Shown: piece by piece, positions 36,244-48,315 of the stretch
Layout of the letters: each line of letters starts with the position of its first letter
How positions within the stretch are numbered: the first letter of the stretch is position 1
Origin: Azolla caroliniana
Taxonomy: Eukaryota > Plantae > Polypodiophyta
NCBI GenBank assembly: GCA_043228905.1
Contig: JBHGNT010000021.1
Coordinates: forward strand, 8,308,001-8,372,000
DNA length: 64,000 nt
Direction: 5' to 3'
Notes under the pieces: model-generated
Seen by the model: the letters and a program-made list of their open reading frames with translations, nothing else
What the model was told of the DNA's origin: nothing
The model's database searches: none
Position numbers and translations under genes: made by a program

Positions 36244-36890
36244 TGTGACGTCCTTCCCTCCTTGGACTATAAAAGGAGGGAGGGGTCTCTTGTGAAAGGG
36301 TTGCCCATTTTGAGTTAGGAGGGTATACCGTTAGATCTAAGGTATGATAGTATTTCTCTTCTTCTTACTTTCTTTTAGGGTTTCTTTGAGGTCTTCTTCT
36401 TCTTCGTCGTGTGGGTTTCACGTTTTTTTGTTAGTTCCCCACTTTGGGTTTAGGCCGGTTGAGAGCTCGTATGCTCTGAAGGTTTCTGTTGGTAGCTCTG
36501 TCTCCTGTGCAAGACCTCACTCACGTAAACAAGCCCGAGTGCTCCCCGACTAGCGGCTTGGCGGCAGACAACTGATGTGCTTCGATACGAAGGCCCGTCT
36601 TCAACACAAGGTTTCCACTCGCGTAGGCGAGCCCGAGTGCTCCCCGACTGGAGCTTGCCTTTAGACGATCAATGTATCTGTTCGGTATTGGACCGGCTCG
36701 AAACCGGTGTTGTAATTTCGTGGTCTTGTATAAACATTCATGAGAAGTTGTGCATATCTGTGTCTCTGTTGGTGTCGGGTGCATTTCTTTCTTTCTCTCT
36801 TCTATACATAAGGGCATGCGAAGAGCCGGTGTACGTGCACGTGTTCTCTTTGACCTTGATCCGGATCTGTTCGGTTCGGGGCCATAATTG
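36244..36890 (+). mobile_element. Possible LTR remnant
   Basis: TG start, TATAAAAGG box at ~36268, pyrimidine-rich R/U5-like segment and duplicated AGCCCGAGTGCTCCCCGACT. No partner LTR or TSD found. Confidence 0.3.
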
Positions 36891-37622
36891 GTGTATCCAA
36901 CTTCGAAGAAATCGGTCTTCCAGTTATCGTCTCTCCTTGGTTTGTGATCCTTGTGGTCCTGCCCAATCCGACACACGCGCACGGAAAATCGCAACGATGC
37001 ATAAAAAGCAAAATTTTGTGTTCCGGTTGGATGCAAGATATGGAAAAATGGTTTGGTAGATGGGATGCAACACACTTACTTCATGATGCTATAAATGGGG
37101 CCTTTCTCCAATGCCAATTTATCATGATATGGGACAAATGTGGAGGCTCACGCTTCACACATTATACTACACATGTTGCACCTAACTACAAAACCATATT
37201 CTTCGAGGAATGGGGAAACCGTACACATTTATTCATGTTAGAGCCCATCCCGTTATCTACCATTCAAACCATTGCTTCCATGTAACTTAGCTCACATGTA
37301 TTGCGATGTGAGATGGGGCGTTGGGGCGCAAGTGATGAGAGTGGTTGACTATGCATTGCCGTAAACAAGTTTGAGAGTCTAAGTATCACATTTTCATACA
37401 ATGCTCCGCCTTTGATCATATTTGACCATGCTTTCCACACATCTTCGACCAAGCCCAATTCTTGCATGAATTTCTCTCACAACCACAATTGTGCACTCTC
37501 TACTGCAACGTTCATTGGTAAAGTTCTTGAACATTGAGAGATGCTACTCACTTTCACATGTATCATGTGAAATGTAATATTTTTGGTCCCATAGGTCATA
37601 TTTGACCACCAAAGACGATAAT

Positions 37623-37664
<42 letters not shown>

Positions 37665-39233
37665 GCGCATGCACACAACTAATGTATGAAGGATGCGTCC
37701 TAGTGGTTTCAATAGATTGATTATATATAAGAAATGCACACAAAATTTGACTCGAAAATGAAAAGAAAGTAGAAGTAACGACAATTGAAGGTTTGTAGTC
37801 CTACAAAGAACATAGATGTGTGCCCAAAAACATGAACGACAATATGAGGGCACACAAGATAAGGGTACAAAGAAATCGAGCATATGCATAAGAGACTTCA
37901 AACAGTAAACGATTGCAGTTTGTGTGGCATATATTTTTAAAGGAACAATGATGAACTATTTTGACATCTAAAACATTGTATTTTGGTATTGAAAGTTATA
38001 TTGTTCCTTTCATTCTTGAAGCTAACATTTCACACCTTAGGTTTTTTTAAGACCACTAACGAGGAGTATAGAATCAATATGTGGAATGACTTAAAATGAT
38101 TAGCTTGCTAAATATAATATGTTTTGAAGAATGCACAAAGTTAACCCTTTAACATTTCAATTGTCCTTGTTTTTGCATAGTGTTTCCTATTTCGTAGCCA
38201 TTTATTCCCAACTAACTTCTTATGTAGTTGAACATCATGTGCAAATTCCGCAGTACCAGAAATCTACCTCATATGCTTCATGTGGCGAAATTGTAGGAAT
38301 AAGGCAAATCATTCTTCCTATATGACCATGTCGTGTTGAATAGTATAAACTATTTCTCTTAATAAAGCAAATAAATTTCCTTATATTTGGAATTGTAAAA
38401 CGATACAATGGAGCAAGTTCATGTTCATTGTTACCCTTCTTATTTTGACCAAATTACCGACTACCACAAAAACATGTCCATCTTTTTTTTATCACAAATA
38501 AAAGATTTGTTATGCACACACATACGATCATACATTAAAGGAGTCAATTAGGTCAACATCCACACAAAGGTCACAAAAATGAATTCTTAAATGTATAGAA
38601 TTAAGGCAATTCCTATAGAAGCCATGACTTCTGAAATAAACTCAAACCATATTATGTGAATTAGCATCGGAGTCGTAAGGAATCCTAGAAATTGAATTAA
38701 AATTTTCAAATTTAGCCAAGAATGTTGGGTTTGGCAATGCGTGACCTTGGATCTGGTTGATCAAGTGGCAATGTCTGAAGCTAACCTCAAGCATAATCAT
38801 CTCCTTTAATGTATTGATTTATCTTCATCTTGGTAAAGCTGCATCCAAATCTTGCCAACCAAATGCCTTCGTTTCAAGGTAATGGTCCTACCCCTATTGG
38901 CACATACCCGTTTTTATTCAAGGCACGATCTAAACTCTAACTGGCCAAGTTATCTGGGATATCAAACACAGAGTAGGAATGTACATGGTCACAATAAGAA
39001 AAGGATGGCCACAAGACGATGAGACTTATATGAAGGGTGGGTGGTGTAACCCAAACACATTGTCGTGATGTAGCGTGCCCAAAGGTGGAAAACGTGGGAG
39101 AAAGTAAGAGAAAAGACCTTGTAATATAGGTGGAGAGTTCAAAATTTTGTAGTAGCCAAATTAAGAAGTATTTAATTGTTTTCGAAGAAAAATAAGAATA
39201 TTTGTATTTAATGCAAATTAGGAGCCTCTCTCC

Positions 39234-39967
39234 TAACAGGAACTCAACGCTCCTTATCCGCAACGCTCGGCCACAACCGAGCTTAGAATCATACACAAAA
39301 AACGGGAAATAATAAACGACACAAAGAAGAGAAGAGTACACAGGAGGTGTACGTGGAAAACCCCAAACTAGGGAAAAACCACGGCAGCCCACAGGCTGCA
39401 AATTGTCGCTATGTAAGAATGTACAATAGTGAGTTCACGGAGGCAACGACCTCGTGCTCACAATCTTCGCCACAGGCGGCGGTTACAACTGAGGCATCAA
39501 CCTCTATCTCTCTCTCTCTCTCTCTCTCTGTGTACACTGTTACACGCACTAATCTCCTGCAAAACAAGAATGACAACAACAACTAAAAGTTTGCCCTAAG
39601 TCATTTTTATACTAATATGACTTTTCGGCTATTTACAAATATAGCCATGATGGACTCTCAGAAAACATATTTACGAATATGTCTCTTCATCCGGTTCTCA
39701 CCGGGTCTGCACCATCCGGCTCTCCGTAGCCGAGTACTCCTCATCCGGTTCTCACCGGGTCTATACCATCCGGCTCTTCGTAGCCGGGTACTCCTCATCC
39801 GGTCTTCACCGGGTCTGTATCATCCGGCTCTCCATAGCCGGGTACTCCTCATCCGGTCTTCACCAGGTTTGTATCATCCGACTCTCCGTAGCCGGGTACT
39901 CGTCATCTGGTTTGTTCATCGGCACTGTTCTTCTCCCTTCCCATCCGGAGGGACTTGTCTCCCAACA
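39234..39967 (-). mobile_element. Probable 3' LTR of an older retrotransposon (host of E2) with 54-bp tandem repeats
   Basis: Ends CCCAACA, followed by PPT complement TCTCCCT. Contains the plant-LTR U5-type motif GGTTTTTCCC..GGGGTTTTCCACGT on the minus strand and a (CT)n tract. Left boundary uncertain. Confidence 0.55.
39686..39905. repeat. 54-bp tandem repeat x4
   Basis: Unit TCATCCGGTTCTCACCGGGTCTG(C/T)A(C/T)CATCCGGCTCTCCGTAGCCGGGTACTCC; also visible as an 18-aa periodicity in ORF 39617-40132. Confidence 0.92.
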
Positions 39968-40307
39968 TCTCCCTATACAAAGAGGGGAAGAGATCTCATT
40001 TTTTTGCTCTCGAGATTTTTTCTCTTCTTTGATTTCTTCTTTGTCAATTTTGGGTCGTCTTCAAATTTTTTTGGTTTCTTCAACTTCTTCTTCAACATTT
40101 TCCTTTTCTTCTTTGTCTTCTGGCGTTTTTGAGCTCGATATCTCAATTTCGAGCAAAGGTATACTGTCTCTTTGCATGTCCTTCTTGACCTCCTCCTCTA
40201 GTTAGATGATATAACCAAGCTTGTTGCGTTTATCAACATCAAGTAGGGTTTCACCTAGCTTGGTTATTGGCCATTCGAAAGGAAGATGGAGTGCCCAAGG
40301 ACACTAT

Positions 40308-40770
40308 TGTTGTTCAGTCGACAATTGCTATTTTGCCGACACAGTATAAGACGAACGTTCGTACCGAATGTTCTATCAAGAAGTTGTGGTTAAACGAATA
40401 GATACGAATTATTTGTAAACTTATCGGTGATAACAGACACCGAGATCATGACTTATGTAATATAGTTTAGACAGAAAGAACTAGATGGCAAGAAGCAATC
40501 CGTACACAGAGATTTCCTAACCAAACTTTATATTACTAAATACAACGATAGATTTTTACAATGCCTTTGGTTCCTTTTATAGGTAACCCGAAGGTCTTTT
40601 CTCATCAAGAAATCCTGCTGTCTATAATTAACAAGAATTACAAAACTTCGTAACTAATTATGTCCTATTCGGCTATTTGCTGAGTCATTGCTCTGAACTG
40701 TCGATTCGACTCCGACTTCGACTCCGAACATCTTTCCGACTCCGCCGTATCCATACTTGTCCGGGTAACA
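40308..40770 (-). repeat. 3' LTR of Gypsy E2
   Basis: Direct repeat of 60553-60997; TG..CA; TSD ACTAT. Confidence 0.92.
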
Positions 40771-40772
40771 CT

Positions 40773-40813
40773 TGGCACGCTCGTGGGCTAGGACGTTGTC
40801 CGGTGAACCCACG
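40773..40813 (-). other. tRNA-Arg 3'-end-like structured motif at the PPT position of E2
   Basis: The sense strand reads CGUGGG UUCACC GGAC AAC GUCC UAG CCCACG AGCGUGCCA, then 2 nt, then the 3' LTR. Confidence 0.8.
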
Positions 40814-43800
40814 GGAACCCTACTCCTGTTGTTCTGAGGAAAGATCCTCCTCCATCTCCAAATCATCGTCTGCGTCGTCCTGCAAAATGCCGAATAATGA
40901 AGGTTCTGCTTCCTGTGTTGCCACGCCTACCTCGTCTTTGTCTTTGTCTTCAGTGCCCTCCCCGTCGTTGTTTTCCTGGCGGGCTTCTTTGGTCGATGGA
41001 CGTGGCTCCGCTTCTGCTTCTGGTGCTCTGAGTCCAGGTGTTTTGGTGACTCTTTCGGCTTCGATATTGTCTAACTCGACGGATGTCTTGACATCATGCT
41101 TGTTGAATTCCTGCATGATTCGGTTAATTTCTTCTCTAAAATAAGCCGCCATGTCGTATAGGTCCTTAGCAATATCTTCCTGAACTGTGGTTATTGCTTC
41201 CTCCGTCATCTTGAGGAAGCCTTTGCCTTGAACTTTCCTATTTTCTCTGTTGGCTCTTAATATCTGAAGCTTCGCGGCTTGTGCCGACCATGTTTGCCAA
41301 CCCTTTTCTAGGGATTCATTGACCAATTTTAGGGTGTTAATTCGGTGACGTCTAATGATCGCTTGGACCCTGTCCTGAGTCATTCTAGCCTCAAACTGTG
41401 CTGTTGCCAATGTTTTCCGCAAATCAATGATTACCACATTGGTATGGCCTTCTGCCTACATAAGTTTAGCTTGTGCCACTAAGAGGTCAAGTCGCCTTTT
41501 CTCGGAGACCGTTTGAATTTCTGAACATCGGTTTTCCAGCGTCGCTTTTTCTTCATTCCAATCGTTTTGTTGCTGAATCGTTTTTTTGTTGATTTCGTCT
41601 ATTAGTTTGTCTTTACTAGCCAACTGTGTTGTAAAACAAGTCTCTTGGCTCTTGACATACTCTTCCAATTCCTCGACTTGTTGCCTTGTAGCCTCTTGCT
41701 ATTGGGCTAACTGTCGGCGTAATTCTTGTATCACATTATCTTTTTCCCCCAAAGATCTGTCGGCCGCCGTTTTTGCCGACTGTAATCGAGCCTCCATTTC
41801 TCTGGACCTGTCTTCGGTCTTTTCTGCCCTAAGTTTTGCCTCTCTTCGTGCTTTTTTGGCTTGGTCCAACCTCTTTTGTAATTCCGAATGTGTCTCCAAA
41901 GGTTGTCTTTGTGACTCTAGCTGGAATATTTGTTCTGTCGCTTTTTCTAGAGCCACTTGTTCTTCTTGCAGTTTATTCTTCAACTGCTGATTCTTGCCTG
42001 CGTCCATTTATACTGTGTATTAAGCACATCTGCAGCTGATGTAGCCTGTTTGTATAATTTGGCCATATCCCTGGCCGCTCTGCTCACCTTTTCATATTCT
42101 CGGTGGACTTCCACCAGTGCCTCATGTAATGGTGGTATCTAAATGGCTTCACCTCTATTTTTAGCATTTCACTGTCGACCAATTCTATCCACTTATGGTT
42201 GCTCGTTTGGTTCGACAGCTCCACATAATGACTTTTGGATCATTATTTGATCTCTGTGCTCTTGCGCCATTCTTTCCGACACTTCTTGAAGTCTTTTAGC
42301 TAACCATTCTACCACTTCATATGATGTTCCAAATTGCAGAATGGAAGCTAGCTCATGTGCTGCTGTCGGGATGTCGGAAAAACCAAGTGCCTCTTGCACT
42401 ATTGCCGTTGATGCCTGCCCTTTTTGAACTCGTGACGTGTCATTTGGATTGACACGAGGTACTTGTGTGCTTTGGGCAGCTTGATCATTAGTTCTCTTTT
42501 TCTTCTGTGCAGGTTGTTCTTGCTCTGGTCTAGAGTATCTTTGGGACCGTTGTTTCACCCTGCGTTGCTTCGGCGGTTGTTGGTCAATGTTGACTCGTAT
42601 TGATTCCTGCTGTTGTGAGGGTTGCTCGTCTGTCGTCCCGCATTGTTGCATTCTTTGTGGTTGAAACTCTGGCTGTTGAGTCGGCGGTTTCTGGGCAGGT
42701 TTGGGTTGCGGTATTGACTGTTGAGACTGCGTCGACTGTTGTTGTTCCGATTCTTGTTGTTGCCTTGGGTTTAGTTGGTCAAATTCGGTCTGAGTGGTAT
42801 GATTCTACGTTGATTTTTCTTCCCTCCACTCTTCCCGTTGGACTTGTCGTCGGGTTTGGGATGACTGTACCTGAGGCGGCCGACGCACCTCTGATCGGTT
42901 TTCCAGCTCTGAAGTCGGAAATGAAAAGAATGGCGTGCGGAAGCAGTATAGGAAACCGAACAACAGAAAACGCAGGTTTAATGGAAAGCTCTGGTTTCCA
43001 TAGTACGCACAGGAGAGATAGAGAGAGAGAGGAAACACAAAACTAAATTAAAAAATAATACTCAATTTGTACATAGGATGTGCTCAGTGAGCACCATTAT
43101 ACAAGCCCTGACAATCGGGTTGACACAAGTATTGACAGTACTTGACTTCTCATAAATGAGCCTCGACACTAACTCCCAAAACTATTCCTTACGAGGAATA
43201 TCTTTCAAACGGCCTCGCGGTTTACGCACCGCTACGACCATGTTATGCGTACCGATTTTATGCACCCAGTCTACGCACTGGTTACACATCGTATTACGTA
43301 CAAATGTTGAGCTTGTCTCTCAACACTCCCCCTCAAGCTCAACTTGAGGTTCCACTTGCTCCGTTGGATCTACGTTTCGGCTTCTCCTGGCTCCACACCT
43401 CGCTCGCGCTCCTCGGCTTGTTCGACTCCGTGTGCTTCGACCCTTCCGGTTGGCTTGTATGGTTCCACGACCCTTCACAACTCCCTTGTTGTCGCACCAA
43501 TAATCCTGCTGCCTTCTTTTCCGCTTGGCCCTTGGTTGATTCCGCTTATCCGAATCAAACATCAAAACCAACTCGGCTACCTTCGATCGGTTTTCGCTCT
43601 CGTCCGAGTTGGCTGTCTCCAACTCGTCTTCAGTCTTCTCGCCCTTGACAACGTTATCTCCCCCATGCTTGGTTGGCTTTGGCTCTTTCTTCCGACTGCT
43701 CCCCTTATGTCCAATTTCAGACTCTTCTACTGATCTGCCCTCGGCTTCTTCAGCTGATCCGAAGTCGAATTCGTCATCCGACCCGACGTCATGGTCTTTC

Positions 43801-46800
43801 CTGCTCCCTTCCGTGGTCATTCGGGACATCTCTCCCCCTCAAGTTCGGCACGTCAAGGTGACGCAACCCAAGCGCACCCGAGAATTGCTGCAACTTGTCC
43901 AATCCAAGAGGCTCGGTGAAGATGTCGGCGGTCTGCCGATCCGTCGAAACATGCTGAAGTTCGACTTCACCAGAAAGGACACGCTCACGGACAAAATGGT
44001 AGTGCACCTCAATGTGCCTAGTCCGTGCGTGGAAAACAGGGTTCTTCGCGAGCTGGATGCTGTTGAGGTTCTCGCAGTAGATCATCGTTGGATCGGACAC
44101 CTCTACCTGTAGATCTTTAAGTAGCCGCTTCAACCATATGGCTTCGCATGTCGCGACAGCCGCTCCTCGGTACTCGGCTTCGGTGCTCGATAGTGAAACT
44201 GTCGGCTGGTTCTTACTGCTCCACGCTACCGTGGCACTCCCAAGAGAGAACATGTATCCGAACGTGGATCGGTGATCGGCGGCGTTGCCGGCGCAATCAA
44301 CATCGGTGTAGCCGACCAATTGCGAAACTGTATCGGACCAATATAGTAGCCCCCGGTCCTTAGTGCCACTGACGTACCGAAGTACGCATTGTACGCACTG
44401 AAGGTGTTCCTCGGTCGGTCGTGCCATGAACTGACTAATCACCCCGACCGGGTAGCTGAGATCTGGTCGGGTGATGGTCAAGTATATGAGGCTGCCGACT
44501 ATCTGTCGGAACCTCGTCAGGTCGCATGTCTTTCCAGACTCGGGGCGAAGCTTGACGGTTCTATCCAGTGGAGTTGAGATGGGCTTACAGTCTGCCATCC
44601 CGAATTTGAAGAGCATATTCAGCGCGTAATGGCGTTGGCTGATCAGTCTGCCTTCGGGGGTACGGATCACTTCGATCCCGAGGAAGTAATGAAGATCCCC
44701 CAGATCCTTCATGTCGAACGATGCCGCAAGCTGGAGCTTCACGTAGTCGATTTCACCTAGGTTGGTGCCGATGATGACCAAGTCATCAACATATAGTAGA
44801 ATACTGACCGGACCGAGTTGACCTTTCTGGATGAACAAGGAAGAGTCCGATTTTGACGTTGCAAAGCCCATCCGACGCAGTTGATGCGTGATCTTCGCGT
44901 TCCAGGCACGTGGAGCTTGCTTCAGTCCGTAAAGAGACTTCTTCAATCAGCACACTGCCGACATGTTCATTCCGGAGTGAAATCTGGGGGGCTGTACCAT
45001 GTACACTTGTTCCTAAAGCTCACCTTGCAGGAACGCATTCTTTACATCCATCTGATGTAAGTGCCACCCCTTTGCCGCAGCTACCGCGAGCAAAACATGG
45101 ACGATCATTATCTTCGCGACCGGCGCAAACGTCTCATCGTAGTCGATGCCGTGTTTCTGCGCGTAGCCTTTTGCTACTAACCGGGCCTTGTATTGGTTGA
45201 CCGAGCCATCGGTGTTGTACTTGACCTTGTGCGTGGGGAATGCACGGCCGAGTCTCCACTACTCGCCGGCTCTTCATCGGACTGGTCGAACCGACTAAGT
45301 CGTCCATTCGGTCCACTTAACCGAAACGAAATTGGACTCTCTTCGCGGGTCCTGATTTCAAGCTCATCCGGAGGCATCTCGGCCTCGCTGACCTCATCAT
45401 CAGAACTCGGATTGGAGGTGAGGTCCGGAGTCGGAGGCAAGTACCAGGATGCAGACTTGTCAAACACCACGTCGCGGCTCACGTGCGCTTGTTTGGTGCG
45501 CAGGTTATAACACTTATAACCCTTCTGCTCATCCGAGTAATCGACCAAGATACATTTCTCGGCCTTTGCGTCCAGCTTCCTCCGTTTCTCCTTCGGCACA
45601 TGCACATACGCAATGCTACCGAAAACTCGTAAGTGTTGCAAGTTCGGCTTCGTTCCGAAATATAGGTCGTGCATCGACACTTTTTCTCCGATTCGATTCT
45701 GGATGTATACCGCGGTCCTTACCGCCTCGGCCCAGTAGAAGTTGGGCAAGCTCTTTTCTTCCAGCATTGCCCGCGCCGCTTCCACAACCGACCGATTTTT
45801 CCTCTTGGCCACGCTGTTTTGCTCCGGCGTGTATCTACAACTGAATTCGCGCCGAATTCCTAACTGTTGTAGATAACTGTTGAATTGACCGGAAAAGTAT
45901 TCTTTTCCGCCATCCAACCGCAGGTACTTGATCTTTCTTCCTATTTCCGTTTCCACGAACCCTTTGAGGTCCCGGAAATAGTCGAAGACTTCGCTCTTCC
46001 TCTCAATGAGGTAGATCCACGTGTGCCGCGTGTAGTCATCGATGAAGGAGATGAAATATCGGCTCCTGCCAAGACTAACGTTTTGTGCCGGCCCCCACAC
46101 ATCGAAGTGTATCAAGTTGAGCTTGTTCTGGCTCCGGTTACGCTCGTTGGAGAAGGGAAGTCGGTGTTGCTTTCCAAGCTGGCAGGCTTCACAAATTTGT
46201 GCCTTCTGGCCACTAAATTTGGGCAATCCAAACACCACCTGTTTCGATTGCAGGTCTTGAAGCCGCTGGTAGTTGACGTGGCCTATCTGCTTGTGCCATA
46301 AGTTGATGTCCGACTCGACTTTTTGTCCCTGTTAGTAGAGTCATTGTTAGTAGAGTCGAGGATGAACATCCTCCCATCTCTACGCCCTTGCGCGATAACA
46401 CGGCCTTCTTCCTCAATGAAGCACCCTAGGTGTGTAAACCAGACCTGCATCCCTTGGTCGACGATCTGTCCGACCGACACCAAGTTCTTCGTGATTGTCG
46501 GAACTTGTAGCACGTTCATGAGTTTCCCTTTCTGCCCGACGTGGCTCAGGGGAACTTCTCTGACATTCGCGATCAGATGCGGAGTGGCGTCTCCGGTTGC
46601 GACTACTCCCGGTTGCATCGGTTTCTCAAGGTATGAAAACCACTCCTTGTGGCACGTCATGTGGTTTGACGCGCCGGAGTCGACGTACCACACCTCGTCT
46701 GATTTCGGGGCAGACTGCTTCATTGAGTTTGCTTCGTGTCTCGTCACGAAGACTGACCCTTTTCCGGTTTCTCTGAATCCTTCGGCGTAGTGCGATCGTT

Positions 46801-48002
46801 GCCGATTTCCTTTGTCGGTCTGTTCAGAACCTGATCTAGACCCGGTTCTCTCCGAATCGGCGTGTTTTTTCCAGCACTCGCTCTCCCTGTGGCCTTTCTT
46901 GCCACAGTACCAGCATTCCATGGCGGATTTCCCTTGCCGGTTCTCGTCGCCTCAACTCCCCCTGTTTCTGGAGGGTGCGGAATTGTTGTCGGCATCACTT
47001 CGGTGCCTTCTTCCTTGATCCCGTCGGCCTCCTCCATTGCTCACCGACTCGCCTTATCCGCCACGACCACGGGGCCTATCTCCCTCTGTGTACAACATCT
47101 TGCTGTCGGTGTGCGTGCTCGTTCACGCACCCGCGTGGTTCTCCTCTATAAGGAGCATCAACTGTAAGTCGAAAAACTATGGCGTATTCTCCCGGGTACA
47201 CACAGTAGATCGGAACACCCCGAACTTCGACGCCAAACCCCCGAGACAGACCTGGACCATCTCGCTTTCCTCAATGTTCACATCGATGGAGGCTAAGGAG
47301 TCGCATATGTCCTTGATCTTCGAGGTATAGTCAACCATCAACAAATCGCGTTGTCGTAGGTTGCTCAACTCTTGTCGGAGCTGAAGCTTCCTGGCTGTGG
47401 TGCTCGCGGCGAAGATCTTCTTCAGATTTTCCTACGCACCCTTCGGCGTTTTTGCATCCCGAACGTAGCTTAATAGCTGTTCGCCCACACAAGACGCGAA
47501 ATAGTACAACACTTTGCTCGCCGATTGTTCCCACACCGGGAAGTCTTTGTGTGTCGAATCGGGTGCTGTGTCATTTGCTCCATCGGCATAGCTCCAGTAA
47601 CCATGTCGAAGTAGGTACTGGTGCATCTTGTAGGACCAAGATGCATAGTTGGTTCTATCGAGCTTCTCCGTCGGAAGCGAGTTAGCCATTCCTCTGTCCA
47701 TCGGTTTTCTTATTCTTCTTCGTTGGTTTTTTCTTCAAGCAAAGCCAGCTGCAGAGGTTCTCAACCCTCGCGCTATGATACCATGAAAAGAATGGCATGC
47801 GGAAGCAATATAGGAAACCGAACAATAGAAAATGCAGGTTTAATGGAAAGCTTAGGTTTGCACAGTATGCATGGGAGAGACAGAGAGAGAGAGAGTAAAC
47901 ATAGAACTAAATTCAAAAAAATACTCAATCTGTACATAGGATGTGCTTAGTGAGTGTCGTGACTTGAGAATAGGAGAGAGAAAAATAAGATGATAGTAGA
48001 AG

Positions 48003-48053
<51 letters not shown>

Positions 48054-48190
48054 ACTAGAAATGGAAAGAGAGTTTATATTATAAGAGAGCAAGGATTACA
48101 AAGAGTAGGCTAAGGGGCTACAAACTGGTGTTGAATCGAATGAGTTGTCACGATGAATGAACAAACACCTATTTATAGGTCCTTATGGAG

Positions 48191-48315
48191 TATTCTAGAA
48201 TGTTCTAGAATATTTTAGATATTTATGATATTTAATATAATCATGGAATATCCTAGAATGTTCTAGAATACTCTAGATTGTTTTGGAATACTCTAGAATG
48301 TTTTAGAATACTCTA
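48191..48315. promoter_or_regulatory. Heat-shock-element-like array (nTTCnnGAAn repeats) in the Z 3' LTR
   Basis: ATTCTAGAATGTTCTAGAAT and further 10-bp-period copies lie just upstream of the minus-strand TATAAATA box (~48170-48177). Confidence 0.7.

Noticed and set aside
37000-38950. Possible decayed transposase or gene fragments
   Set aside because: No motif I can recognise with confidence; it needs a translated homology search.
39617-40132. 171-aa ORF with 18-aa repeats; array also considered as CRISPR-like
   Set aside because: A head-to-tail 54-bp repeat with no unique spacers, in a eukaryotic LTR; the ORF is a by-product.
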